NCBI GenBank assembly: GCA_017624235.1
Contig: JAGANL010000022.1
Span: 605 to 64,604 of the forward strand
Origin: Lachnospiraceae bacterium
GTDB taxonomy: Bacteria; Bacillota; Clostridia; Lachnospirales; Lachnospiraceae
Direction of reading: 5' to 3'
DNA length: 64,000 bases
Of the stretch, positions 1 to 8,835 are shown piece after piece. The notes beneath the pieces were generated by a model, which saw nothing but the letters and a program-made list of their open reading frames with translations, searched no databases and had not been told where the DNA came from. A program made the position numbers and the translations under genes. How positions within the stretch are numbered: the first letter of the stretch is position 1; each line of letters starts with the position of its first letter.

Positions 1-608
1 ATGGCTGCAGAATTTTTCAGTCGCTCAAAGGTCTTGTCCTTTCGGCTCAAATCCACACCTCTTGCCTGCTGAGCCTGTGAAATCTCATGATAGTCCCTCT
101 GAACATCCGGTATATACCGAAGTGCAATGGCCACAGCATAGCCGACCCGGTAGCTGACACCGATTTTATTCAGACTGGCCGCAAATTCACTCGGATTCGT
201 CGCCATGATAAACAGCAGGGCAATCGGAATGACCGCAAGATATTTCATCATAAAATTAAACATGTAAAACAGCTGCTCTGCCACGATGGAATAGCGCCAG
301 AACAGATGCACCAGCTCATGTCGCGTTCCATAGATCCGCACTCCCTGCTCCGGCGAGAACAGATAGATGCCGATGAGATTTATGGCAATCAGGGCCGCCA
401 TAAACAGCACGGCAAACCGGACTTCCCTCCACTTCAGGCCGGAAAGCACGAACAAAATGACACCTGTTACAAACATTCCGACCAATACACGCGTGTCATA
501 GGTCATCATTGCCGCTATGCTCCAGATCAGGAAAAACAGCAGCTTCGTCGTTCCCGTCATGCGATGGATAAAGGAATTTTTCTCGATATAGGAAAGTGTC
601 GCACTCAT
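1..608 (-). CDS. ecfT: ECF transporter transmembrane (T) component, EcfT/CbiQ family; partial, 3' end lies beyond window start
   Basis: Own translation of the minus strand from ATG 608-606 gives MSATLSYIEKNSFIHRMTGTTKLLFFLIWS..., open to position 1 and hydrophobic. It reaches ...SQAQQARGVDLSRKDK, which contains the Ala-Arg-Gly coupling motif of EcfT. ATGA start/stop overlap with the upstream ATPase gene. Absent from the ORF track because no stop lies inside the window. Confidence 0.8.
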   Translation of the reverse strand, partial: MSATLSYIEKNSFIHRMTGTTKLLFFLIWSIAAMMTYDTRVLVGMFVTGVILFVLSGLKWREVRFAVLFMAALIAINLIGIYLFSPEQGVRIYGTRHELVHLFWRYSIVAEQLFYMFNFMMKYLAVIPIALLFIMATNPSEFAASLNKIGVSYRVGYAVAIALRYIPDVQRDYHEISQAQQARGVDLSRKDKTFERLKNSAA

Positions 609-2311
609 TCGTTTCTCACCTGCCTGTCATACTGGATAAACTTTTCAATATAAGCTTCCGGGTCCAGACCACACCGCAGCGCCAGCTCATACAGAGAAGT
701 CACCTTTAAGCTCGCTCTCTTAAGCAGCTCCGGATCCGAAAACAGCCTGGCCGGAGTGGTATCCGCAATCATCCTGCCGTCTGCAAAGACCAGACTCCGC
801 TCCGTATATTCCAGCATCAGGTGCATATCATGCGTAATCATCAGCACCGTGATACCGCTCTCATTCAGTTCCTTCAGAAATTCCATAATCTCAGTATAAT
901 GCCTGAAATCCTGTCCTGCCGTAGGCTCATCCAAAATGAGCATCTCCGGCTCCTGCACGAGAATGCTGGCAATCGTTACACGCTTTTTCTGTCCATAGCT
1001 GAGTGCACTGACCGGCCAGCTTCGGAATGGATACAGCCCGCAGATCTTCAGGGTTTCAAATACTCTCTTTTCTACCTCTTCCTCGGACATCCCCTTCAGC
1101 CTGAGGCTCATAGCCACCTCATCGTAAATCATCGGCTTGCTAATCATCTGATTTGGATTCTGCATCACATAGCCGATATAACCGGCACGTTCCTTGATCG
1201 TATCTTCGGATAAATCCCTGCCCTTTAAGGTAATCGAACCATTCTTCTGTGTGACAAAACCGCACAAAAGCTTAGCAAGCGTACTCTTTCCGGCGCCATT
1301 CTTTCCCACGATGCTGACCATTTCACCCTGCGATACCGTAAAGCTGATCTCGGACAGATTTTCCTTCTCCTCCGTATAGCCAAAGGACAGCTCTTCCACC
1401 GAAAGCATCTGCTCAGGCACTGCCTTTTCCATCGGCCCGGCCTGATTTTCAAACCATTTGCATACCTGTGCCTTTGCTGCATCCGAGAGCACCATATCCT
1501 CCATCCGCTCGGGATGAATCTCCTCCGTCAGCTTCACTCCTGCATATTTCAAAGCCGTAATATAGAGTGGTTCACGGATACCTGCCAGACTCAGACGGTC
1601 TGATAAAAACAGTGCAGTCGGAGTCGTATCACTGACAATCCGCCCCTCTTCCATCAAAATGATACGGTCTGCATTCCGATGCATGGCATCCTCGAGACGA
1701 TGCTCTATGATCACTACTGTACTGCCATTTACCTTCTGCAGATCATCAATCAGCTCCATTGCCTCTCTTCCTGCTGCCGGATCCAGATTCGCAAGCGGCT
1801 CATCAAATAAAAGAATCGGCACACGGTTTACCAGCACCCCTGCCATGGACACACGCTGCTTCTGTCCACCAGACAGTTCATGTGGCGCGGCCGGCAGTTT
1901 GTCAAGCAATCCCACCTTTGCCGCCTCTTCCTTCGTCCGCCTCTTCATCTCATCCTGCGCAACGCAGTCATTTTCCATGGAAAAGGCAATGTCCTCCAGC
2001 ACGGTCATACCGATGAACTGGCCGTCCGTGTCCTGCAAAACCGTTCCTACATAACGACTCAGTTCAAATATACTTGCCTGAGCTGCTTCCACACCACAGA
2101 TGGTCAGCGTTCCGGTGCTCTTCCCCGGATAGCTGAACGGATTCAGACCATTCAGACAGTGTGCCAGCGTACTTTTTCCGCAACCGGAAGGGCCTACGAT
2201 AATGACCCTCTCCCCCTTGTGTATCTGAAGATTGATATCATGTATCGTAGGCTCTGCCTGTGAACGGTACTGAAATGTATAATTTTCAAAAGAAATCAGA
2301 GTTTCCCGCAC
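605..2311 (-). CDS. Fused double ABC ATPase of an ECF-type transporter (EcfA-EcfA fusion, YkoD-like architecture)
   Basis: 568 aa. Two Walker A motifs (GPSGCGKST, GKNGAGKST), two ABC signatures (LSGGQKQRV, LSYGQKKRV) and two Walker B motifs (ILLFDEP, MLILDEP). GTG start with AGGAG 7 nt upstream. Confidence 0.9.
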   Translation of the reverse strand: MRETLISFENYTFQYRSQAEPTIHDINLQIHKGERVIIVGPSGCGKSTLAHCLNGLNPFSYPGKSTGTLTICGVEAAQASIFELSRYVGTVLQDTDGQFIGMTVLEDIAFSMENDCVAQDEMKRRTKEEAAKVGLLDKLPAAPHELSGGQKQRVSMAGVLVNRVPILLFDEPLANLDPAAGREAMELIDDLQKVNGSTVVIIEHRLEDAMHRNADRIILMEEGRIVSDTTPTALFLSDRLSLAGIREPLYITALKYAGVKLTEEIHPERMEDMVLSDAAKAQVCKWFENQAGPMEKAVPEQMLSVEELSFGYTEEKENLSEISFTVSQGEMVSIVGKNGAGKSTLAKLLCGFVTQKNGSITLKGRDLSEDTIKERAGYIGYVMQNPNQMISKPMIYDEVAMSLRLKGMSEEEVEKRVFETLKICGLYPFRSWPVSALSYGQKKRVTIASILVQEPEMLILDEPTAGQDFRHYTEIMEFLKELNESGITVLMITHDMHLMLEYTERSLVFADGRMIADTTPARLFSDPELLKRASLKVTSLYELALRCGLDPEAYIEKFIQYDRQVRNE

Positions 2312-2314
2312 CTT

Positions 2315-2872
2315 TTACTTCTCCTGTTTTAAGCTTCCCTCTTTGGTTCTGGTCTTTGCGTAAGCTGCCAACAATATGGTTCCTACAATCGCTGTGGTAA
2401 TAAAGTTGGAGGCTCCTGCCCAGAGTCCCTGTGCCAGAAGCTTTTCTGTCGGCTCGTTGTAAATCAGAATATCCAGTGCCGGAGCAATCACTAACCATGC
2501 TACTGCATGTCCCACTAACTGGAACAGATTAAAGGCAATGATCTGCTTCGTACCGAACTCGCCTTTTTCAATATCCACCTTTTTCTTTGCCAGACCAATA
2601 ATCAGACCGAATACTGCGGATGCAATGATCCAGCTCCACCATGGGCTGCCCCAGGATAAATCAATCAGCGTATGCCCGATAAAGCCGACCAGTATACCTA
2701 CAACCGGCCCGTAAATCACACCAAATACTCCTAAAATACCATACTGAATATTGATCGTCGTATTTGGAACCGGGCTCGGAATGGCTACAAAACGTCCTAA
2801 TACAAAAAATAATGCCGCACCAATGCCAATGGCAACGATGCTCTTGATGGAAAGACTACTTTTCTTCTCCAT
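2315..2872 (-). CDS. ECF transporter substrate-specific (S) component, UPF0397/YkoE-like; substrate unknown
   Basis: 185 aa polytopic membrane protein (…IGIGAALFFVLGRFVAIPSPVPNTTINIQY…). It is the first gene of an S-AA-T operon. GAAGGAGG RBS. Confidence 0.8.
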   Translation of the reverse strand: MEKKSSLSIKSIVAIGIGAALFFVLGRFVAIPSPVPNTTINIQYGILGVFGVIYGPVVGILVGFIGHTLIDLSWGSPWWSWIIASAVFGLIIGLAKKKVDIEKGEFGTKQIIAFNLFQLVGHAVAWLVIAPALDILIYNEPTEKLLAQGLWAGASNFITTAIVGTILLAAYAKTRTKEGSLKQEK

Positions 2873-3018
2873 ACTGTTCCTCCTTCTGCCGCAGTTTATG
2901 CAGCGCTCTTTCTCCTTTGTCCATGCGCAGCTTCGCTTCCCTGCGTATGGCTTTTACCGCTTTTAACTATACCGCAAACTTCCCTCTCAGGCAACTGAAA
3001 ATTCATCCGCATCAGTCC

Positions 3019-3459
3019 TCAGATAGAATAATTCATGGCATCCAGCCGTTTCTGCTGCCGCTCTACCAGATCCGCAATCGTCACACCATCTACGACCTGA
3101 TCAATTGCCTTCTTCAAATCCTTCCAGACATCCAGTGTTTCACAGGTATCACACCGGTCACACTCATTGACTTCATCATCCAGACAGGCCACAGGACTTA
3201 AGCTTCCCTCCGTCAAACGAAGAATCTGTCCTACCGTAAAGTTTTCCGGATCTCTGGCAATCCGGTAACCTCCCTGTGCTCCGCGGACGCTCTTCACACA
3301 TCCCCCCTTATTCAGAATAGAAATAATCTGCTCCAGATATTTCTCTGAGATTCCCTGTCTCTCTGCAATCTGCTTTACCTTCACATATTCTCCGGTGTTA
3401 TGCAGCGCCAAATCCAGCATCACCCGGACCGCGTATCTTCCTTTTGTTGAAATTTTCAT
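3019..3459 (-). CDS. Rrf2-family transcriptional regulator (CymR/IscR-like, probable Fe-S ligand cysteines)
   Basis: MKISTKGRYAVRVMLDLAL… winged-helix N-terminus typical of Rrf2. C-terminal Cys cluster CLDDEVNECDRCDTC. Internal ATG at 3459 chosen because GGGAG sits 6 nt upstream; the track ORF 3019..3603 overlaps the upstream gene. Confidence 0.88.
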   Translation of the reverse strand: MKISTKGRYAVRVMLDLALHNTGEYVKVKQIAERQGISEKYLEQIISILNKGGCVKSVRGAQGGYRIARDPENFTVGQILRLTEGSLSPVACLDDEVNECDRCDTCETLDVWKDLKKAIDQVVDGVTIADLVERQQKRLDAMNYSI

Positions 3460-3545
3460 AGCCTGGTTCTCCCTTCTTACATTTCTAACATCTGTTACGT
3501 AATTTCTGTCCACTACAAAGACAATGTCCGTCCTCAGACCGGCTC

Positions 3546-4724
3546 CTAATAAACTGCTTCTTCCAGCTGCTTTAATGCCTGTTCCAGCACACTTCTGGGG
3601 CATGCCATATTAAGGCGCATATAACATCCGTTATTTTCTCCGAATCCACTTCCCGGACTCAGCCACACATGCGCTTTCTTTAACAGAAACTGCATCAAAG
3701 CCGCCTCATCCATTCCACGCTCCCTACAAAAATCCGTAAAATCAAGCCATACCAGATAAGTCCCCTCCGGCTCAGTCAACCGAATCAGCGGAAGTCTGTC
3801 CTGCAAAAATTGCCGTAAGCAGGAAAGATTACCTCTCAAGTAAACAAGCAGCTCGTCCAGCCAGCGGTCTCCATACTGATATGCAGCCTGACATGCCGTC
3901 AGCGCAAAAACATTCAGCTCCGAATATCCGGTCAGATAAAGCTCCCTTTTCAGCTTCCTTCTGCGTTCTTCATCCGGTACGAAAATATTGGAAACCTGTA
4001 CACCTGCCAGATTGAAGGTTTTGCTGGGTGCCGTACAGACCATACAGTTTCCTGCAATCTCCTCCGACAGCGACGCAAACGGGATATGGGTATGTCCCGG
4101 ATAGGTAAAATCACAATGGATTTCATCCGAAATCAAGAACACCCGATATTTTAAGCAAAGCTCTGCCACCCGAAGCAGCTCCTCCCGGCTCCAGACTCTG
4201 CCAACCGGATTGTGCGGACTACAGAAGATCAGCAGTCTGACCTTCTCCTCACGTAGCTGTCTATCCATTTCCGCAAAGTCTATTTCATATCGACCGTTAT
4301 GATTTTTCAATGTATTGTCGATCAGTTTTCTGCCGTTCTCTGTAATACAGGCGGCAAAGGGATGATAGACCGGCTGCTGGATCATCACAGCCTCCCCCGG
4401 TTCCGTAAATGCTCTGACAGCCGCACTGATTGCAAAAATCACTCCCGGTGTCTTGAGAATCCATTCCTGCCTTGGTTTCCAACCATGTCTTTTATCAAAC
4501 CACGATATAATATTTTGGTAATAATCATCCTTTGCTTCCGAGTATCCCCAGATTCCATAGTTTGCTTTCCTGGATACGGCCTCCATCACCTCTTCCGGTG
4601 CCCGAAAATCCATATCAGCCACCCACATCGGTATCGCCTGCTCATCCCCGTCAAACTCCTCTGCAAAATCATATTTTTCACTGTTGGTATTTCTACGTTC
4701 AATTACCTCATCAAATGTAGCCAC
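3546..4724 (-). CDS. PLP-dependent C-S lyase, MalY/PatB family (cystathionine beta-lyase type aminotransferase fold)
   Basis: 392 aa. N-terminus …RRNTNSEKYDF…, PLP-lysine motif SKTFNLAG. GTG start with AAGGGAGAG RBS. Sulfur-metabolism neighbourhood. Confidence 0.88.
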   Translation of the reverse strand: MATFDEVIERRNTNSEKYDFAEEFDGDEQAIPMWVADMDFRAPEEVMEAVSRKANYGIWGYSEAKDDYYQNIISWFDKRHGWKPRQEWILKTPGVIFAISAAVRAFTEPGEAVMIQQPVYHPFAACITENGRKLIDNTLKNHNGRYEIDFAEMDRQLREEKVRLLIFCSPHNPVGRVWSREELLRVAELCLKYRVFLISDEIHCDFTYPGHTHIPFASLSEEIAGNCMVCTAPSKTFNLAGVQVSNIFVPDEERRRKLKRELYLTGYSELNVFALTACQAAYQYGDRWLDELLVYLRGNLSCLRQFLQDRLPLIRLTEPEGTYLVWLDFTDFCRERGMDEAALMQFLLKKAHVWLSPGSGFGENNGCYMRLNMACPRSVLEQALKQLEEAVY

Positions 4725-4757
4725 TTCCCTACTCTCCCTTATCCAATTGTCTACTAT

Positions 4758-4786
4758 ATCATATCACAATACTATGAATTAAACAA
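4758..4786 (-). promoter_or_regulatory. Predicted sigma-A promoter for the C-S lyase / Rrf2 operon
   Basis: Minus strand reads TTGTTT, a 17 nt spacer, then TATGAT with an upstream TG (extended -10). It lies about 35 nt upstream of the GTG start. Confidence 0.5.
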
Positions 4787-4841
4787 CCACTTTCCCCAAT
4801 TTTATATAAAATTCTATTTTCTGTAAAGTAGCTATCTACGG

Positions 4842-4873
4842 AAAAAGAGCGGAAAGCCTGACCGCTTTCCGCC
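4842..4873 (-). terminator. Rho-independent terminator after metQ (bidirectional hairpin)
   Basis: GCGGAAAGC / GCTTTCCGC 9-bp stem with a 6-nt loop (4850-4873). On the minus strand it is followed by TCTTTTTCC. Confidence 0.75.
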
Positions 4874-4911
4874 CTTTCCTTTTTTCACTCTGCTGTTACT
4901 TTCTCTGTCCC

Positions 4912-5862
4912 TTATTCGGTAAACGGAACCACTGCCCCATCATATTTTTCATTGATAAAGTTCTGAATTTTATCTGACTTCAGAACCTCAACCAGCGCCT
5001 TGATACCTTCGCTGTTCTCGTTGCCCTCATTTACTGCAATGATATTTACATAGGTCTTAGCTGCTTCGGAATCCGATTCCTCTTTTGCTACGGCATCCTT
5101 TCCAACAGAAAAGCCTGCCTCCAACGCATAGTTACCGTTTAATACAACAAAGGCTACCTCATCCTTGACTCTGGCTACCTGTGCAGCTTCCAGCTCCTTG
5201 ATGCTGACATTGTGCGGATTCTCTTCGATATCCTTCACGGTTGCCTGCAATCCTGCGCCCTCTTTTAACTTAATGATACCATTATCCTGCAGCAGAAGCA
5301 GTGCTCTTGCTTCGTTTGTCGTATCATTCGGTACGGCAATGACTGCACCGTCAGAAATGTTTGCAAGATCTGTTTCGGTTCCTGGATAGATTCCAAACGG
5401 CTCATAGTGGATACCGCCTGCATTCACTAATTTTGTACCATGCTCTGCATTGAAATCATCCAGATACGGAATATGCTGGAAATAGTTTGCATCAAATTCT
5501 CCGCTATCTACTACCAGATTCGGCTGTACATAATCTTCAAATTCTGTCACTTCCAGATCCCAGCCCTGCTCTGCCAGAATGCCCTTTGCTTCTGCCAGAA
5601 TCTCAGCGTGCGGTGTCGGGCTGGCTGCTACCTTGATGGTTCCCTTTGCTTCGACCGCCTCACTGGCTGCTTCGCTCTCTGCAGCCTCAGCATTGGCATC
5701 CTCTGAACTGGCATCCTCTGCTGCTGCCGTATCCTGTACGTCTGCCGCTTCACTGGCTGCTCCGGCCGCGCTGCCATCTGCTGCGCTGCTGCCGCATCCG
5801 GTCAAAAGCCCGAATGCAAGTACTGTTGTAAGCAATGTAGAAATCAGTTTCTTTCTTTTCAT
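4912..5862 (-). CDS. metQ: Methionine ABC transporter substrate-binding lipoprotein (MetQ/NlpA family)
   Basis: 316 aa. Lipobox LLTGC, Ala/Glu/Ser-rich linker, then an NlpA-type domain (…HYEPFGIYPG…VPNDTTNEARAL…). Confidence 0.9.
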   Translation of the reverse strand: MKRKKLISTLLTTVLAFGLLTGCGSSAADGSAAGAASEAADVQDTAAAEDASSEDANAEAAESEAASEAVEAKGTIKVAASPTPHAEILAEAKGILAEQGWDLEVTEFEDYVQPNLVVDSGEFDANYFQHIPYLDDFNAEHGTKLVNAGGIHYEPFGIYPGTETDLANISDGAVIAVPNDTTNEARALLLLQDNGIIKLKEGAGLQATVKDIEENPHNVSIKELEAAQVARVKDEVAFVVLNGNYALEAGFSVGKDAVAKEESDSEAAKTYVNIIAVNEGNENSEGIKALVEVLKSDKIQNFINEKYDGAVVPFTE

Positions 5863-5909
5863 AATTTTTTCCTCCTCTAAAAAACATATCTATGAATCCA
5901 TCAGGCTCT

Positions 5910-6578
5910 TTAACCTGTGATTCTCTTATCCAGCTTTTTGGAAAGCCATGTGCCGATGAGCTGTAGAATCTGCATCAAAATGACTAACAGAATCACCGTC
6001 ACAATCATAATGCCTGTCTCATAACGGTAATAACCGTATCGGATGGCAATGTCTCCGAGACCGCCTCCGCCTACTACACCTGCCATTGCGGAATAACCGA
6101 GAATGGTTCCGAGAGCAATCGTAGCACCCACAATCAGAGAGGTACGTGCTTCGGCAAGAAGCACCTTCCAGATAATCTGCCACAGATTTGCTCCCATACT
6201 CTGTGCCGCCTCAATCACGCCCTTGTCCACCTCAAGCAACGAGGACTCCACCATCCTGGCCACAAAAGGCGCTGCCGCAATGACTAACGGTACAATGGTT
6301 GCAGTCGGCCCATAGCTTTTCCCGACAATAAACTTGGTCAGCGGAATGGCCATAATCAACAGGATCAAAAACGGAATACTTCGCAGAATATTGACCACAA
6401 AATCCAGAATTTTATAAATAAAGGCATTTGGCTTTAAACCGCTCTTTGCCGTAACCACCAGCAAAATGCCCACCGGAAGGCCCAGAACGTATGCAAACAA
6501 GGTAGAGGTAACCGTCATATAAAGTGTCGGAACGATGCCCTCCACCACCAGCATTCTTACTATTTCATTATCCCACAT
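5910..6578 (-). CDS. metI: Methionine ABC transporter permease
   Basis: 222 aa polytopic protein with the EAA-type loop (…EAAQSMGANLWQ…). Overlaps the metN stop. Confidence 0.9.
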   Translation of the reverse strand: MWDNEIVRMLVVEGIVPTLYMTVTSTLFAYVLGLPVGILLVVTAKSGLKPNAFIYKILDFVVNILRSIPFLILLIMAIPLTKFIVGKSYGPTATIVPLVIAAAPFVARMVESSLLEVDKGVIEAAQSMGANLWQIIWKVLLAEARTSLIVGATIALGTILGYSAMAGVVGGGGLGDIAIRYGYYRYETGIMIVTVILLVILMQILQLIGTWLSKKLDKRITG

Positions 6579-7578
6579 AATCGTTCAACTCCTCCACTGT
6601 CAGATTTCTGTCCCTCAGATACTGCACCATGCGGTCTGCAATCTGTGTATCCTCCGGCAGCTGCAATATCATCTGTCCATGAGCAATACCGCCGATATCC
6701 TTGGTATCAGCTAACAAAATGTTGGCCGGTGCCTTGCAGTGCAGCACCATATTGCCGATAACCGGCTCAAAGGAGGAATTTTCCTTGAAAACAATGCGGA
6801 TACAGCGTTTTCCTGCCATCACTGCATATTTGTTTTCATTCTGGAATACCAGTTTTCTGGCAGCTCTGGACTGAGGTCTGGAAAATACCTCTTCCACCGT
6901 TCCCTGCTCTGCCAGCTCTCCGTTGTCAATGATCGCTACGTGTGTACAGATTTCCTGTACCACGGTCATTTCATGGGTAATGATTACTACCGTAATGCCA
7001 TACTTCTGATTGATTTCCCGAATCAGCTCCAGAATCGCCTTTGTCGTCTGCGGATCCAGGGCACTGGTCGCCTCGTCACACAAAAGAATTTTCGGATCCA
7101 TGGCAAGCGCTCTGGCAATCGCCACTCTCTGCTTTTGTCCGCCGGAAAGCTGTGCCGGATAAGCGTCTGCCTTTTCCTCCAGCCCGACAATCTTCAAAAG
7201 CTCCTGTGCCTTTTTACGCGCCTCACTTTTCTTGCGTCCTGTAATTTCCATTGGAAAACAGATATTGTCCAGAACACTGCGCTGCATCAGCAGATTAAAA
7301 TGCTGGAAAATCATCGCAATTTCTGTTCTTGCCCTGCGAAGCTCCGCTTCGTTCATTTCCGCCAGATCCCGTCCCTCGATACAGACGGTTCCCTCCGTCG
7401 GTCTCTCCAGAAAGTTCAGACACCTTACCAGTGTACTCTTTCCGGCGCCGCTCATGCCTATAATGCCATAAATCTCTCCCTTGTGTATATCCAGATTGAT
7501 GCCCTTTAATGCTTCTACCTTATTGTCCTTTGTTGTAAAGACCTTGCGGACATCCCGGACCTGAATCATTGTTTCCAT
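6568..7578 (-). CDS. metN: Methionine ABC transporter ATPase with C-terminal NIL domain
   Basis: 336 aa. GMSGAGKST, LSGGQKQRVAIARAL, ILLCDEATSALD. C-terminal roughly 100 aa extension typical of MetN. Confidence 0.92.
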   Translation of the reverse strand: METMIQVRDVRKVFTTKDNKVEALKGINLDIHKGEIYGIIGMSGAGKSTLVRCLNFLERPTEGTVCIEGRDLAEMNEAELRRARTEIAMIFQHFNLLMQRSVLDNICFPMEITGRKKSEARKKAQELLKIVGLEEKADAYPAQLSGGQKQRVAIARALAMDPKILLCDEATSALDPQTTKAILELIREINQKYGITVVIITHEMTVVQEICTHVAIIDNGELAEQGTVEEVFSRPQSRAARKLVFQNENKYAVMAGKRCIRIVFKENSSFEPVIGNMVLHCKAPANILLADTKDIGGIAHGQMILQLPEDTQIADRMVQYLRDRNLTVEELNDYVG

Positions 7579-7675
7579 CCGTTATTACCTGCCTTTATCA
7601 TCTTCCGATACACCGTCGCACGGGCGGTTTCCCGGACGCCGGATTTACAGTATCGTACCGATTTTATCATAAAAG

Positions 7676-8614
7676 CTATTCTTCTGTAAATAGCGGGGTA
7701 GAAAGATAGCGGTCTCCAGAATCAGGAAGAAGTGCCACAATGACCTTTCCTACATTCTCCGGACGCTTTGCCAGCTCAGTCGCTGCATGCAGTGCCGCGC
7801 CGGAGGAAATTCCTACCAGAATGCCTTCACTGACTGCAAAAGCCCTGCCGTCTGCAAAAGCATCATCGTTCTTGACACGGATGACTTCATCATAAACCGT
7901 GGTATCCAATACTCCCGGAACAAAACCGGCTCCGATTCCCTGAATCTTATGCGGCCCTGGTGCATCACCAGAAAGCACTGCCGAAGAATCCGGCTCTACA
8001 GCGACCACCTTCACATTCGGATTCTGCTTTTTCAGATACTGTCCGACACCGGTTACCGTACCACCGGTTCCGACACCTGCTACAAAGATATCTACCTTGC
8101 CATCGGAATCCTCCCAAATCTCCGGTCCCGTAGCTGCCAGATGCGCCGCCGGATTTGCCGGATTGTCGAACTGTCCCAGGATCACAGCGCCTTCAATGCT
8201 GTCTCTCAATTCCTCTGCCTTTGCAATAGCACCCTTCATACCCTTTGCCCCTTCGGTCAATACAATCTGAGCACCATATGCCTTTAACAGATTTCTGCGT
8301 TCTACACTCATCGTATCCGGCAGAGTCAGAATCGCTTTATATCCCTTTGCGGCTGCGACAGATGCCAGACCGATACCGGTATTTCCGCTGGTCGGTTCGA
8401 TAATGGTCGCCCCCGGCTTTAACACTCCCTTTTTCTCTGCATCCTCAATCATGGCAAGAGCGACTCTGTCCTTAACGCTTCCTGCCGGATTTAAGTATTC
8501 CAGCTTTACAAGCAGTGTTGCCTGGTCTACCCCTGCCCTCTTTGCAAAATTCGCTGCCTCCATTAAAGGTGTTTTTCCAATCAGCTCCGCTGCATTCTTT
8601 TTAATATTTGCCAT
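7676..8614 (-). CDS. cysK: O-acetylserine sulfhydrylase (cysteine synthase A)
   Basis: 312 aa. PLP lysine motif GSVKDR, TSGNTGIG, GVGTGGT. Confidence 0.93.
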   Translation of the reverse strand: MANIKKNAAELIGKTPLMEAANFAKRAGVDQATLLVKLEYLNPAGSVKDRVALAMIEDAEKKGVLKPGATIIEPTSGNTGIGLASVAAAKGYKAILTLPDTMSVERRNLLKAYGAQIVLTEGAKGMKGAIAKAEELRDSIEGAVILGQFDNPANPAAHLAATGPEIWEDSDGKVDIFVAGVGTGGTVTGVGQYLKKQNPNVKVVAVEPDSSAVLSGDAPGPHKIQGIGAGFVPGVLDTTVYDEVIRVKNDDAFADGRAFAVSEGILVGISSGAALHAATELAKRPENVGKVIVALLPDSGDRYLSTPLFTEE

Positions 8615-8671
8615 TTTCTTTTTCCTCCCTTTTTCTTTCTATTATTGCTTTTATGTATTCCGTTTTTATTT

Positions 8672-8688
8672 CCTAGTTATTTGCTAGG
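8672..8688. promoter_or_regulatory. 17-bp palindrome CCTAG-N7-CTAGG in the predicted cysK 5' UTR (candidate operator)
   Basis: Plus strand reads CCTAGTTATTTGCTAGG. It lies between the predicted -10 (8704-8709) and the cysK start (8614). Confidence 0.3.
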
Positions 8689-8703
8689 TTTGTTATGAAT
8701 TGA

Positions 8704-8732
8704 ATGATACCACTGTAGGATGCTCCTGTCAA
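8704..8732 (-). promoter_or_regulatory. Predicted sigma-A promoter of cysK (and probably metNIQ)
   Basis: Minus strand reads TTGACA, a 17 nt spacer, then TATCAT preceded by TGg (extended -10). Confidence 0.6.
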
Positions 8733-8751
8733 CAACTTTTTGATTTTATTT

Positions 8752-8807
8752 TAAAGAAAAATGAGAGCATTCTCAAATCGTTCAACTGCCGATTTGAAAA
8801 CGCTCTC
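8752..8807 (-). terminator. Rho-independent terminator after carbamate kinase
   Basis: 18-nt arms GAGAGCGTTTTCAAATCG / CGATTTGAGAATGCTCTC pair with two mismatches. On the minus strand they are followed by ATTTTTCTTT. Confidence 0.8.
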
Positions 8808-8835
8808 TTATTCACTGATAATGCTATGCGCCATT

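Noticed and set aside
2873-3018. Calling the ECF leader a TPP riboswitch outright.
   Set aside because: Only CUGAGA and a partial GCC…CGCAGGGAAG resemblance are present. The ACCUGA/P4-P5 pairing cannot be reproduced by hand. It is kept only as a low-interest unknown leader.
7579-7675. Looked for an S-box (SAM-I) riboswitch, T-box or other leader between cysK and metN, and upstream of cysK. A small three-helix fold (CGATAC…GTATCG enclosing two 4-bp hairpins) can be drawn.
   Set aside because: The 97-nt spacer is too short for SAM-I or a T-box and lacks their conserved motifs. The helices are short and unsupported, and there is no terminator. metNIQ is more simply read as co-transcribed with cysK.
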